From UHGV virus genome UHGV-1362809: a stretch of 64,000 bases of DNA; one strand, 5' to 3'. Below are positions 9,685 to 19,569 of the stretch, piece after piece. A program made the position numbers and the translations under genes. Every line of letters starts with the position of its first letter. Within the stretch, counting starts at the first letter, position 1. Under the pieces are notes generated by a model. That model saw nothing but the letters and a program-made list of their open reading frames with translations, did no database searches and had not been told where the DNA came from. The stretch comes from a virus.

Positions 9685-9713
9685 TTGACATTGCTGGTTG
9701 ACTGTGGTAGTAT
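9685..9713 (+). promoter_or_regulatory. Sigma70-like promoter TTGACA-17-TAGTAT
   Basis: -35 at 9685-9690, 17-nt spacer, TAGTAT at 9708-9713, upstream of the secreted-protein gene. Confidence 0.45.
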
Positions 9714-9761
9714 AGAATATAGTTGCGATTGTGCGACGGTAGATGATGAAAGGAAACTAAA

Positions 9762-10313
9762 ATGAAAAAGATGTTGATTGCGTTGTTGTTGGCACTGTTA
9801 CCTATGAAAGCTAATGGTGCAGTTTACACAGGGGACGAGGTATTAAAACTTATAACGAATGCCGACAGTATGAGAGCAGACTTAAAAGCCCATAATTGTC
9901 AAAATCTCGAAAATTATGTGTTTGCCTCTCCGTTGTACGGACTGAATGAAGCCAAGGTTAAGTACGTTGCAGCTATGTGGATTCCTGTGCAGGATTCCCC
10001 TGCAGCCGTTTTTAGTGCAGCAGGTTTACCCTTTGTGTTATTGTACTCCATTAACTCTGTAACCGAACCCGCATTGGCTTCTTTTGTTAAGGATTATTCC
10101 TGTAAAATCAAGCCGGACAAAATAACGTTGTATTTTAAGAACTCACAGGAGACGTTTAGAATTGACTTTAAGGCGGAAAATGATACAATTTTACTGCCCC
10201 AAGGGGAGGGTCATACGGATCACGGACAAAAAGAGGAAGACGGCTACTACAGTGGTATAGCTCTTGAGTACGATGGGCTTATTAAACGTTGGCTGATGTT
10301 TTTGGCTGATTGA
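9762..10313 (+). CDS. Secreted protein (signal peptide), moron-like
   Basis: N-terminal MKKMLIALLLALLPMKANGA signal peptide; own promoter and terminator. Confidence 0.55.
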   Translation: MKKMLIALLLALLPMKANGAVYTGDEVLKLITNADSMRADLKAHNCQNLENYVFASPLYGLNEAKVKYVAAMWIPVQDSPAAVFSAAGLPFVLLYSINSVTEPALASFVKDYSCKIKPDKITLYFKNSQETFRIDFKAENDTILLPQGEGHTDHGQKEEDGYYSGIALEYDGLIKRWLMFLAD

Positions 10314-10333
10314 TATATGCTGACTGGTAATAC

Positions 10334-10366
10334 AAGGTGCAATCTAAACAAGGTTGCACCTTTTTT
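10334..10366 (+). terminator. Rho-independent terminator
   Basis: Perfect 9-bp stem aaggtgcaa/ttgcacctt followed by tttttt. Confidence 0.55.
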
Positions 10367-10367
10367 G

Positions 10368-10395
10368 TTGACATTTTGGGTGGATTTGTTATAAT
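10368..10395 (+). promoter_or_regulatory. Consensus sigma70-type promoter TTGACA-16-TATAAT
   Basis: Exact -35 (10368-10373) and exact -10 (10390-10395) hexamers. Confidence 0.5.
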
Positions 10396-10435
10396 ATAAT
10401 AATGGTAATATACTTTGAATGAAAGGAGAACTACT

Positions 10436-10615
10436 ATGTCACAACAGGATACAGCGTGGGTTGTTACCGAATTGTCTATCACGGGTTTTGAAACTAAGAA
10501 AGAAGCAGAATCCTATATTAAAAGAAACGGTGGAGTATTGTTTACTGACAGAGAAGAGGCAGAAGACGAATACTATAGTTTAAGAGACCCAAGAAATTTC
10601 TTCTGGGAACCCTAA
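10436..10615 (+). CDS. Hypothetical small protein
   Basis: RBS aaaggag upstream of ATG 10436. Confidence 0.4.
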   Translation: MSQQDTAWVVTELSITGFETKKEAESYIKRNGGVLFTDREEAEDEYYSLRDPRNFFWEP

Positions 10616-10676
10616 ACAAAGAAGGGTAAAATCAAACGAACAGGAATATGTACATCTAGAGATATGGAGAAATGTC

Positions 10677-11144
10677 ATGAAACGATTTGTAGTTTTAGCG
10701 CTTATGTTGGGTTTGACAGGATGCGTACATTTTGACCCAGACGCCCAAAGATTGTTCACCGAGGAAGTATGGTTGAATATCGAAGGCGAGGATCCTTCAT
10801 ATACTTATTTGACTCCTGGACGAGTTGTTGTAACGGACGACTGGTGCGGTGGTGACCAAGCCCTGCGATTTGTACCGACCAAAGGAAAACAAAGTTATGC
10901 GGATTACTTTGGTAGTGGAGTTTTCTTTCCCCTCGGTGCAACAATAGACCCCGTTGTAGTGTGTACGGAGTTTAAAAAACGTCGGGGCATGTATGTGGTG
11001 GGCTACAAGAACCAACCTCTTAATTATATCGCTTTCGACTGGACTGTGCAACAGGTGCTGAAACAATCTAAAGAAGCAGCTAAATCGTGCAACTTAAAAG
11101 CGGGTCAGGACTACCGTATCAAATGTAAGGAGGCTTGGAAATGA
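10677..11144 (+). CDS. Lipoprotein
   Basis: Signal peptide with lipobox LTGC (MKRFVVLALMLGLTGC). Confidence 0.55.
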   Translation: MKRFVVLALMLGLTGCVHFDPDAQRLFTEEVWLNIEGEDPSYTYLTPGRVVVTDDWCGGDQALRFVPTKGKQSYADYFGSGVFFPLGATIDPVVVCTEFKKRRGMYVVGYKNQPLNYIAFDWTVQQVLKQSKEAAKSCNLKAGQDYRIKCKEAWK

Positions 11145-11425
11145 AAAGTTATAATATAAATGGCATAGTAAAAACTATTGAAGAATGGAAAAAGGATATT
11201 GCACCCCAAGTAAAAAAGCTGCACTTTGGTTGGAATGATGCCGATGTGCAAAGGGAAATGAAGAATTGGGACAAAACTATTGTGCATTTCTTTGAAAACT
11301 TAGACTGTGAGTATCCCTGTGACGACCAAGGTAATCTGTACAAAAGAGAAATTATTGTGGACGAACATAGGTATTATGATAGGTTAGAGGATATATCTCG
11401 TCTTATTGCAGATTGTATCATATAA
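11135..11425 (+). CDS. Hypothetical protein
   Basis: 96-aa ORF. Confidence 0.45.
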   Translation: MEMKSYNINGIVKTIEEWKKDIAPQVKKLHFGWNDADVQREMKNWDKTIVHFFENLDCEYPCDDQGNLYKREIIVDEHRYYDRLEDISRLIADCII

Positions 11426-11439
11426 GGGAGGAGATACTA

Positions 11440-11634
11440 ATGTATAAAGTGTTAGACCGTCTTATGTATAGTGTGGTCGGTAGAGGAGTATCTCAATCTA
11501 CTTGGGATAAAATGAGTTTACGAGATAAACAATCTTATCTAAGGAAGTATCGTAATTCCAAGTATAAACCCAAATATAAAAATTGGGTAATTCGTCCTTT
11601 TGCTGATATGTATAAATTTATTGAAAGTGTGTAA
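11440..11634 (+). CDS. Hypothetical small basic protein
   Basis: RBS gggaggag upstream of ATG 11440. Confidence 0.4.
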   Translation: MYKVLDRLMYSVVGRGVSQSTWDKMSLRDKQSYLRKYRNSKYKPKYKNWVIRPFADMYKFIESV

Positions 11635-12127
11635 GCTTACACTCGCTCCAAAATATAGGTGGAGGGTAGACGATACGCATACTGTTGCGGACTATAATAA
11701 TGATAAATTGTTTTCCACAAAGGGTGGCAGTGTAGTAGCAGTAGACGCCGACGGTGATATTATTTCACTATGTAAAAATGATGGAGACCTTTATTTTGGG
11801 TCTGATATACTAAAAGTTGCTGTTAAGAATGGAGGTAAAAAGTTAGACGCCTATGGTGATAGTTTGTACGAGTTTTATACAAAAAATGGATTTAGACCTA
11901 TTTCTTGGACACCTTTTAATAAAGAGTACGCTCCTCACGATTGGGGAGAAGATTTTGGGGACAATCATCATATAATTTTTTATGTATATGACCCTAATTA
12001 TATTTGCACTAAAACATACGAGGAATTTTTGCAAAGTGTTCCATGTTGTAAATATAATGATGGTTATGAAAAGGCACGAAAAATAAGGGATGAATATCTC
12101 TTAACTATGGAGAATAATAATGGCTAA
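11600..12127 (+). CDS. Hypothetical protein (start uncertain)
   Basis: 175-aa ORF; strong RBS ggtggagg inside the ORF suggests a non-ATG internal start. Confidence 0.4.
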   Translation: MLICINLLKVCKLTLAPKYRWRVDDTHTVADYNNDKLFSTKGGSVVAVDADGDIISLCKNDGDLYFGSDILKVAVKNGGKKLDAYGDSLYEFYTKNGFRPISWTPFNKEYAPHDWGEDFGDNHHIIFYVYDPNYICTKTYEEFLQSVPCCKYNDGYEKARKIRDEYLLTMENNNG

Positions 12128-15100
12128 GGATTATAATGCCAATTCAATCAAAGTACTGGACTACCCCGTCTGTTGCCACGTTCGCCCAGGAATGTATATC
12201 GGCGATACAACGGCTCCCAAGGGTGGATACTGCGATGGTGTGTTGCAGTGTGTAAAAGAAGCTCTTGATAATGCGGTTGACGAGGCTTCAAACAAGTATT
12301 CTAATGTTGTCGGTTTTGTGGCACAAAAGGACGGTTCCTTTGTAATTTATGATACGGGACGTGGTATTCCTGTTGAAGTACACCCCAAGTTTAAAAAAGA
12401 AAAGAAGTCAACTTTGGAGGTTATTTTTACCGTGTTACACGCAGGCGGTAAAATGGACTCTTCCAATTATGATAAATCGGTCGGTCGTAACGGTTTGGGT
12501 ATTTCTGTCACAAATGCTTTAAGCTCTTGGTTTCGAGTTACAACGTGCAGGAATCGTAAATGGTATACCCAGTTGTACCAAGAGGGGTATGTTAAGTCTA
12601 AAGTGCGGACTACCGTAAATCCTTCTAAAAGATTGGGTATAAAAGTTTCTAAAGGCACAGTAATTGAATTTTTACCCTTGTCCAAGGTGTTTAAAGATAG
12701 TATCAAGTGCGATTTGTCTGCTGTTTTTAAATGGATGAAGTTTAGTCAATACCTACTTCCTGGGATTACATTCAAGTACGAAAATCGTCTAAAAGGTAAA
12801 AGTAAGGAATTTTGTTCCACCAAGGGCATCGAGGGATACCTTAATAAACTGTGTAAGGATATCGGTTCTGAGGATATTACTGACACTTTTACGCTAAGAT
12901 ATCCTACTATTGACTTGTCTCTTAAATGGGTAAAAAATGACGACTGTATCATAGAATCCTATGTAAATGGAAGCCCTACTCCTAACGGAGGTACACACGT
13001 CAATGGGTTGAAAAAAGCTCTTACTGCTTGCATTTCTAACTATTCCAAACGGTCAGACTCCTTTAAGCCCGACGATTTGTTAGAGGGACTGGTGTGCGTT
13101 TTAAACTACAAAATGGACGAACCCTTGTTCGATAGTCAGACCAAGACAAAGTTGGTAAACAAAGGTACGGTGGATGATTTACCTGCTGAGATTGAAAAAG
13201 ATTTGACTAAGTGGGGCAGAGCTAATAAACAGGCATTATTGGAGATTATTCAACGTGCTAACGATATTAGGGGTGCAAAATTACAGTTTGAACAGGCTCG
13301 TAAGGCTATTGCAGCTGTTAAGGGTAAACGAGGTAAATCGTCGCTTCCCCCTTCTTCCAAATTTTCAGTTTCCACGACCAAAAATGCAAAGGATAGAGAA
13401 CTTTACATCGTGGAAGGTTTGAGTGCGGCAGGTACGGCTAAAGCAGCTAAGGATCACCATTATCAGGAGTCGTTGGCTCTTCGTGGTAAATTTCTTAATG
13501 CTGAAAAAACAACTGCAAGTCGTTTGTTTGAAAGTGATGAAGTGCTTAATATACTTAAAGCGATTGGGTATAATTCTGACGATAAATCTATAACCTATCG
13601 TGTCGGTAAAGTAATTATGTTGAGCGATGAGGATGATGATGGTTGCTTGGATGGTAACACCCGTATTTTGACTTTGGACGGTAAAAATCCAAAAATTAAA
13701 ACTTTGGTGAAGCAGTATGAAAAGGATAAGAACCCTATTGAAGTATATTCAGTAGATAAAGATGGTAATTTGGTAGTAGGAAAAGCTATTGAACCTCGTG
13801 TAACTAGAACTGTCAACAAAATGATTAAACTAACTTTTGACAACGGTTCTACGGTTTTGTGTACGCTTAACCATAAGTGGCTTATAAATAATCCTTCTAG
13901 GAAAGATGATAGAGTTATTTGGAAAGATGGTTTGGGGTATATACAAGCTAAGGACTTAAAGGAAACAGATAGTATTCGTAGCGTGTATCTTGAAAATAGA
14001 CATTCAGATGGGTCTTTTGTTTCTAATAGATATAAGTGTATTATAAATGCTTCCTCACAGGGAAAATACTGTGATAGAGATACTATGCCTGTGCATCAAT
14101 GGGTTAAATGTTGTGAGCAAAAAGGTTGGAAAAAATATAGAAAGGCTGGTAGGGGTATAGCTATACATCATATAGACGAAAACCCACAAAATAATTGCTC
14201 GAGTAATTTAAAGTATTTAACCCAAGCGGAGCATGGTAAGTTGCATATAAAGGAGCAGTGTGAAAAATATAATGGGTCTCAAAAACAGAAAGATGATTTA
14301 GCTAAAAACTGGGCTAACGGTGTTTATGATAAGATAAAGGATACTATTATTATATATAATAGATCAAAAAAACACAGAAAGCTGGTAAGTAAAATGAATG
14401 GAGATAAGAACCAATGCTTCAGACAGGCTATGGGAAAATTAAAGAACTATTATTTAACATTGAAGCATAACCACATAAAGGTAAATAGAGATAATTGGAA
14501 TCTCTATGTGGGTAAAAAGGGAATAGGTGGTGTTATGACTTGGGAGCTCTTTCATTCTAAAGGTATAAAGTTAAAAGATATTAAAACTTTTACTAATATG
14601 AGAGAAAGTGTCCGGTTGTACAAGTTATCTACTGTGAAAAACTGTTATCCTACTCAAAAACTTACAAAGTTTGAGTCTTTTTGTGACTATTTAAAGTCCA
14701 AGGGGTTGTCCGTTAATAAAGCTACATATAATAAGATAAGGATAAAGCTTATTCGTAAAAAGAAACTTTCTCAAGGGACGCCTAAATGGGAAACAATAAA
14801 GAACCATAAAATTGTTAAAAAGGAAGTTATTAATTCCGAACAGGAAGTTTATTGTATGACTGTTCCTGATTATGGTAACTTTATGGTGGCGGATAAGTAT
14901 GGTAACGGAATTGGTAGTAGCAATAGTCATATTGATACTTTGGTTTGTACATTGCTACAAAAGTTATGTCCTGATTTAATTGAAAAGGGTATGCTGTACA
15001 AGGTAAAGGCACCTTTATTCGTTGGGAGAACTGACTCTACCCAATATTATGGTGCTAGTATGAATGACCTAAAACGGCAGTATAAAGGAAAGTTTAAGTC

Positions 15101-15281
15101 TATTACCCGTATCAAAGGTTGGGGAGAAGCCAGTGCATCTTTGTTAAGAGAAGTTGCCTTCGACCCTGCTACCCGTAAACTAATTCAAATAAAACAGAGC
15201 GACAAAAAGGGTATACAACAGGCTAAGAAACTTTTGGGTGACGACATCGAAGCTCGTAGACAGTTGTTAAGTGAGGAATAA
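12120..15281 (+). CDS. Type II DNA topoisomerase ATPase subunit (GyrB/T4 gp39-like, GHKL + TOPRIM), interrupted by an intein
   Basis: GHKL motifs EALDNAVDEA, YDTGRGIP, GRNGLGISVTNALS; TOPRIM EGLSA...DEDDDG|intein|SHIDTL. Confidence 0.85.
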   Translation: MAKDYNANSIKVLDYPVCCHVRPGMYIGDTTAPKGGYCDGVLQCVKEALDNAVDEASNKYSNVVGFVAQKDGSFVIYDTGRGIPVEVHPKFKKEKKSTLEVIFTVLHAGGKMDSSNYDKSVGRNGLGISVTNALSSWFRVTTCRNRKWYTQLYQEGYVKSKVRTTVNPSKRLGIKVSKGTVIEFLPLSKVFKDSIKCDLSAVFKWMKFSQYLLPGITFKYENRLKGKSKEFCSTKGIEGYLNKLCKDIGSEDITDTFTLRYPTIDLSLKWVKNDDCIIESYVNGSPTPNGGTHVNGLKKALTACISNYSKRSDSFKPDDLLEGLVCVLNYKMDEPLFDSQTKTKLVNKGTVDDLPAEIEKDLTKWGRANKQALLEIIQRANDIRGAKLQFEQARKAIAAVKGKRGKSSLPPSSKFSVSTTKNAKDRELYIVEGLSAAGTAKAAKDHHYQESLALRGKFLNAEKTTASRLFESDEVLNILKAIGYNSDDKSITYRVGKVIMLSDEDDDGCLDGNTRILTLDGKNPKIKTLVKQYEKDKNPIEVYSVDKDGNLVVGKAIEPRVTRTVNKMIKLTFDNGSTVLCTLNHKWLINNPSRKDDRVIWKDGLGYIQAKDLKETDSIRSVYLENRHSDGSFVSNRYKCIINASSQGKYCDRDTMPVHQWVKCCEQKGWKKYRKAGRGIAIHHIDENPQNNCSSNLKYLTQAEHGKLHIKEQCEKYNGSQKQKDDLAKNWANGVYDKIKDTIIIYNRSKKHRKLVSKMNGDKNQCFRQAMGKLKNYYLTLKHNHIKVNRDNWNLYVGKKGIGGVMTWELFHSKGIKLKDIKTFTNMRESVRLYKLSTVKNCYPTQKLTKFESFCDYLKSKGLSVNKATYNKIRIKLIRKKKLSQGTPKWETIKNHKIVKKEVINSEQEVYCMTVPDYGNFMVADKYGNGIGSSNSHIDTLVCTLLQKLCPDLIEKGMLYKVKAPLFVGRTDSTQYYGASMNDLKRQYKGKFKSITRIKGWGEASASLLREVAFDPATRKLIQIKQSDKKGIQQAKKLLGDDIEARRQLLSEE
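13644..14924 (+). mobile_element. Intein (427 aa) with HNH homing endonuclease, inserted in the TOPRIM DxDxDG-SHI motif
   Basis: Starts CLDGNTRILTLDG (Hint block A), internal HNH IAIHHIDENPQNN...HGKLH, ends ...GSSN followed by extein SHI. Confidence 0.75.
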
Positions 15282-17763
15282 AATGAAAAAAGCACAGAAT
15301 GTTATCACAGATTATAATTCCTTTGTTAGAAGCAGTTATAAAAGGTATGCAATTAGTGTATTGAGCGACCGTGCGTTACCAGATTTTCGTGACGGTTTGA
15401 AGCCCGTTCAGAGAAAAATGTTGTGGACTGCCTATAAACTTGGTCTACATAATAACAAGGCTTTTACAAAATGTACGAATATTACTGGTAATTTGATGGC
15501 TCGTTTTTCCCCGCACTGTTTAGACGGTAATACTCAAATACCGTTATTAAACGGGGAAAAAATTAAATTAAAGGATATGGATTATAATAAAGTTTATGAT
15601 GTTCTTTCAGTTGACGAAAGCGGTAAAATAGTTGCTGCTAAGCTTTCAAAGGCTCGTAAAGGTAAAATTGTTGATAAAGAATATCATATCGTATTGTCCA
15701 ATGGTACAGTACTACCTTATTGTTCCAACAATCACCAGTTTTATATGGGTAATTCCACTTGGAAGAGGGCAGACGAAATACAGGTTGGAGATGAAGTGTA
15801 TGGAGGGACTTGGCTCTTTGAACAGGATTATTGTCCTATCGTAAGTTATTCTTCAAATAGTAAAAATACGAGAAGAACTGGAGTACATAGAATAGTTGAC
15901 TTCACTTACAGAGGTATTCTAAATAAAACTAATGAGAATACTGGGGATAAGTTACAAGTTCATCATAAGGACTTAAATACCCGTAATAATTTAATATCTA
16001 ACTTGAAAAGACTATCTTATAATGACCACATGAGATTACACAGTAGTTCTGGAGGTAATACTGTTAATGAAGTATTAAGGTCTTCAAAACGAGTAGTAAA
16101 AGCTAATAAGGAAAAAAATTCCTTTTTACTCTCAAGTTATAATAAATACAGATGGTTATATGTAGCCATTAAAGCAGTTAAAATTTTAAAGGAGAATAAA
16201 CTTCCCCTTACATGGAAAAACTATGATAGTTTAAGAACTAAGATACGAGGTTTGACCCTAAAGACCACGTTGCTTGAAAGGGGTTGGGATTTAAAAAGAC
16301 TATACAAAGAAAGAAATTGGACTTTTGATAAAACACCAATTCTTGGAAAAGTAACAAGAGCCTTATTAGGAAATAATAAACGACATCCCTATGAAGGAAA
16401 AGGCTACGGTTGGAGTAAAGGTTTAAGTCATAATTGGAATAACAGTAACATTAAACCAAAACTCTATGTAAAAGAAATAATAGTTAAAAAAGTAAAAAGA
16501 AAACAACTCTATGACTTTACTGTTAAAAAGCATCAAAATGTTTTGATTATTTTGGGAGATAACAAGACGTTTATTTGTGCCCATAATAGTGATGCCTATG
16601 GGGTGCTGGTTAATTTGACTGGTAATAGCGTAAAATTCAATCTTTTTGAAGGAAACGGGAACTTTGGTAACTACATTGACGAAGCTGCCGCACCCCGTTA
16701 TACGGAAGCCAAATTAAGTAAGTATAGCGACGACTTTTTGTTGAATCAGAACTATTTGGAAGTGTGTAAAATGCTTCCAAACTATTTGGACACCGAGGAA
16801 GAACCTATGTTGTTACCCTCCTTGTTGCCTGTGTTGTTTTTGATTGGATGTCAAGGTATTGCGGTAGGTTATAAAACTGAAATTCCAACCTTTACTCTTA
16901 AGTCTCTTATAAAAGTTGTCAAAAAAGGGTTGGTCAAAAAACTAAAAAGTAAGGATTTACTGTGTTTAGAGTTTGATGACATCTATAACGCTCAGTATGT
17001 TGGGACTGACCAGCAGTTGTTGGATTATTATACTTCTGGTAAGGCAGCCCTACCTTTTAATGTATTCTATAAATTGGATAGCACTAAATCATTTACTATC
17101 AATTCTATCATAGGAAATGGGGAAACTATGATTAACAAGATAGAATCTGACGATAGGGTTTATCAAGTAAATGATTTGACAAGTGGCAACGACATCAAAA
17201 TACAAGTTGTGTTGAAGCCTTCTATAGCCAGTAAGGACGTGAAAAATGTAGCTGCTGATATTGTGGCTAAGTTAAAAATAAATAGAATATTTATTACAAA
17301 CGTTATCAAAAGAGTTGTTACTGAACAAAAGGACGGAGACCATACGTTTTATGACGAGGGTGCGGTCTTAAAAGAGTCTAACCCAGTTGACTTGCTCAAC
17401 GAATGGATTAAATGGCGTGTTGAACTTGAAGTAAAGATGCTTAACAACCAAGTATCTAAGACAAATGACAAGGTAAACCAGTTGGAGTTTTATCGTTATT
17501 TAATTTCTAAATTAGATATTATCTTTAAAGTACTCAAATCGAAAACAAATGATTTGAAGGGAGCGATGAAGAAGGCTCTTAAGTGTACCGATGACCAAGC
17601 TCAAACGGTGTTAGATATGCCTGTTAGACGGCTGAGTAAATTGAGCGACGACGAGTTAAAGGGACAAATTAAGGACTTACAGCAGTATTCAAAGGACTGT
17701 AAAAAATGGTTGAAAAAACCACAAGATAAAATTTTGCAAGATTTGAACAAGGTAAAGGTGTGA
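15271..17763 (+). CDS. Type II DNA topoisomerase DNA-cleavage subunit (GyrA/T4 gp52-like), interrupted by an intein
   Basis: N-terminal YAISVLSDRALPDFRDGLKPVQRKML; HPH|intein|SDAYGV...GNGNFGN matching the GyrA HPHGDSAVY...GQGNFGS region. Confidence 0.85.
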   Translation: MRNKMKKAQNVITDYNSFVRSSYKRYAISVLSDRALPDFRDGLKPVQRKMLWTAYKLGLHNNKAFTKCTNITGNLMARFSPHCLDGNTQIPLLNGEKIKLKDMDYNKVYDVLSVDESGKIVAAKLSKARKGKIVDKEYHIVLSNGTVLPYCSNNHQFYMGNSTWKRADEIQVGDEVYGGTWLFEQDYCPIVSYSSNSKNTRRTGVHRIVDFTYRGILNKTNENTGDKLQVHHKDLNTRNNLISNLKRLSYNDHMRLHSSSGGNTVNEVLRSSKRVVKANKEKNSFLLSSYNKYRWLYVAIKAVKILKENKLPLTWKNYDSLRTKIRGLTLKTTLLERGWDLKRLYKERNWTFDKTPILGKVTRALLGNNKRHPYEGKGYGWSKGLSHNWNNSNIKPKLYVKEIIVKKVKRKQLYDFTVKKHQNVLIILGDNKTFICAHNSDAYGVLVNLTGNSVKFNLFEGNGNFGNYIDEAAAPRYTEAKLSKYSDDFLLNQNYLEVCKMLPNYLDTEEEPMLLPSLLPVLFLIGCQGIAVGYKTEIPTFTLKSLIKVVKKGLVKKLKSKDLLCLEFDDIYNAQYVGTDQQLLDYYTSGKAALPFNVFYKLDSTKSFTINSIIGNGETMINKIESDDRVYQVNDLTSGNDIKIQVVLKPSIASKDVKNVAADIVAKLKINRIFITNVIKRVVTEQKDGDHTFYDEGAVLKESNPVDLLNEWIKWRVELEVKMLNNQVSKTNDKVNQLEFYRYLISKLDIIFKVLKSKTNDLKGAMKKALKCTDDQAQTVLDMPVRRLSKLSDDELKGQIKDLQQYSKDCKKWLKKPQDKILQDLNKVKV
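15517..16587 (+). mobile_element. Intein (357 aa) with HNH homing endonuclease in the GyrA-like subunit
   Basis: Begins CLDGNTQIPLLNGE, HNH-like VHHKDLNTRNNLISNL...HMRLH, ends ICAHN followed by S. Confidence 0.75.
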
Positions 17764-17764
17764 C

Positions 17765-18097
17765 ATGAATGTAAAAGAACAACAAGAAAATCTTATTGAA
17801 CAATTAGCTGATGCCTTAAATAAATATGATGGCATCGACGCGGATATTAACTACGTTGCTGAGGAGGGTAAAGGCACTATTATATTTTATGTAGAAAATA
17901 TGGAACATCTAAGGCAGTTTTGTACTGATGTAAAAGACGCTTTGAGTGCCGTTTTTGTTATCAGCTATTTATACTACGATGACACTGAGACTGATAAACT
18001 TGGTTTTGCTCTTGAGCCTAAGTGTCGTAATCCAAAGGTTTTTGAGGAATCTGTAAATAACCTTATAAATGCAATAAAAAAGGTGACGGAGAAATAA
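17765..18097 (+). CDS. Hypothetical protein
   Basis: 110-aa ORF. Confidence 0.45.
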   Translation: MNVKEQQENLIEQLADALNKYDGIDADINYVAEEGKGTIIFYVENMEHLRQFCTDVKDALSAVFVISYLYYDDTETDKLGFALEPKCRNPKVFEESVNNLINAIKKVTEK

Positions 18098-18703
18098 ATG
18101 CAATATGATGAAGAACGTGTGACAAGTGCGGCTGAGAATATTATACAGGCATGTGAACGTTATGTCACGAATACTGTATATGTAGGTTCCGCAGGAAATA
18201 CTATTTTTATTAATTCTAAGGCGAAGGGGTCTTTTCGATTATTAGAAGATACTCCTGAATTTGTGCGGGAGGTAATTGTAAAAATATTTCAGCAATTTGA
18301 TGTTGTTGCTCCTGTAGAGTTAGAAAATAAATATATAACACTTCCCTTTGAGTTTGAAGACTCAATTAATACGCTTGTTAGTGCATCTACCTCTTGTTTG
18401 CAAAGTCTGCGTAATGATTGTTATCTTAATCTGCACAGTTTTAAAAGACGGTTATGTTGCATAGATGAGATATTAAAATCTCGTAAGAAGGAACCAAAGC
18501 CTGTGGAAGACCTATTTCCTATATTGAAACAGGGTTACGTGGCTATGAATAAAGACTGTATTTGGTATTGGTTTGAAAATTCTCCTGAGTTGCAGAGCTT
18601 TGGTGTTTGGCAGGATCCAGAGCAGGGTAAAGTATGTAGTTTATCTTGTTTCTGTTTATTGTCCGTGGACGATTACAAAACATCTAAACGTTGTATAGAT
18701 TAA
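18098..18703 (+). CDS. Hypothetical protein
   Basis: 201-aa ORF. Confidence 0.45.
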   Translation: MQYDEERVTSAAENIIQACERYVTNTVYVGSAGNTIFINSKAKGSFRLLEDTPEFVREVIVKIFQQFDVVAPVELENKYITLPFEFEDSINTLVSASTSCLQSLRNDCYLNLHSFKRRLCCIDEILKSRKKEPKPVEDLFPILKQGYVAMNKDCIWYWFENSPELQSFGVWQDPEQGKVCSLSCFCLLSVDDYKTSKRCID

Positions 18704-18713
18704 GGAGGTTCGT

Positions 18714-19109
18714 ATGCAACCCTATTATTTGACGGAAAAAGACCTTGAGAGTAAGTATGGTACTTATGGTATTGTGCGTAAGGAGGAGATTATTAAATAT
18801 GTGGACATAGCGTTTGACCACGGAAGAGCCTCCTTAGTAATACGGTTGTACAATATGTGCTGTTATTCTGGGTTTGTTTGTACTGTTTCCTTAGGTACTC
18901 AACTTGAAGACTTACGGAGATTTGTTGACCTCGGTGACGATAAAGGGTTGGATGATTTTTCCGATAAATTTTTGACAGTTGTGTACAAAAAAGTAATGGG
19001 AAGAGATGAAGAATATCCTATAGCCATAGGTGATAGCGTTAAGGATATATACGTTGACATCGTAGATTGGTGTGGTGAAATTACTCATAGCATAAGAGGT
19101 GGGAAATGA
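18714..19109 (+). CDS. Hypothetical protein
   Basis: RBS aaggagg upstream. Confidence 0.5.
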   Translation: MQPYYLTEKDLESKYGTYGIVRKEEIIKYVDIAFDHGRASLVIRLYNMCCYSGFVCTVSLGTQLEDLRRFVDLGDDKGLDDFSDKFLTVVYKKVMGRDEEYPIAIGDSVKDIYVDIVDWCGEITHSIRGGK

Positions 19110-19507
19110 AAATTCAGATATACACTAAAAAAGCTATTGAAGAACTACATAAACTTGATGAAGAAAGAGAACGTAAAGAGTTAATTTCCTATAGTAGTAA
19201 GGTAGCGGCACAACAAGTAGCAATACTTAGGCACGTAATTCCTTCATATTTGGCTTGTTTGCATCAGGCTCACAATCATACTTGGGATCATGATTTGTGT
19301 AATTCTATTATTTCTATTTTAGTAGAAATGAATAGTCCTATTCCTAATAAGTCAATTATATTAGCTCTAAAAACTTTAATATCAAAAGTAAATGTATTAG
19401 CTTCTAATTGTGATGAAGAATATAATCAAGTATTGATGTTAATGCGTTCCAATTTTGTTAGTTCTCTGTTTGAGCTAGATTGTGCTATGAAAAATATGGA
19501 GGGTTGA
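19106..19507 (+). CDS. Hypothetical protein
   Basis: 133-aa ORF. Confidence 0.45.
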   Translation: MKIQIYTKKAIEELHKLDEERERKELISYSSKVAAQQVAILRHVIPSYLACLHQAHNHTWDHDLCNSIISILVEMNSPIPNKSIILALKTLISKVNVLASNCDEEYNQVLMLMRSNFVSSLFELDCAMKNMEG

Positions 19508-19569
19508 TTTCAATAAACTTAAATATGAGAAATCTTTTAATAGAACTAATGGTTGCATGGAGTAAATAA

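Noticed and set aside
12120-17763. Group I/II introns in the topoisomerase genes
   Set aside because: The insertions are translated in frame with Hint/HNH hallmarks and Cys...Asn|Ser boundaries. They are inteins, not RNA introns.
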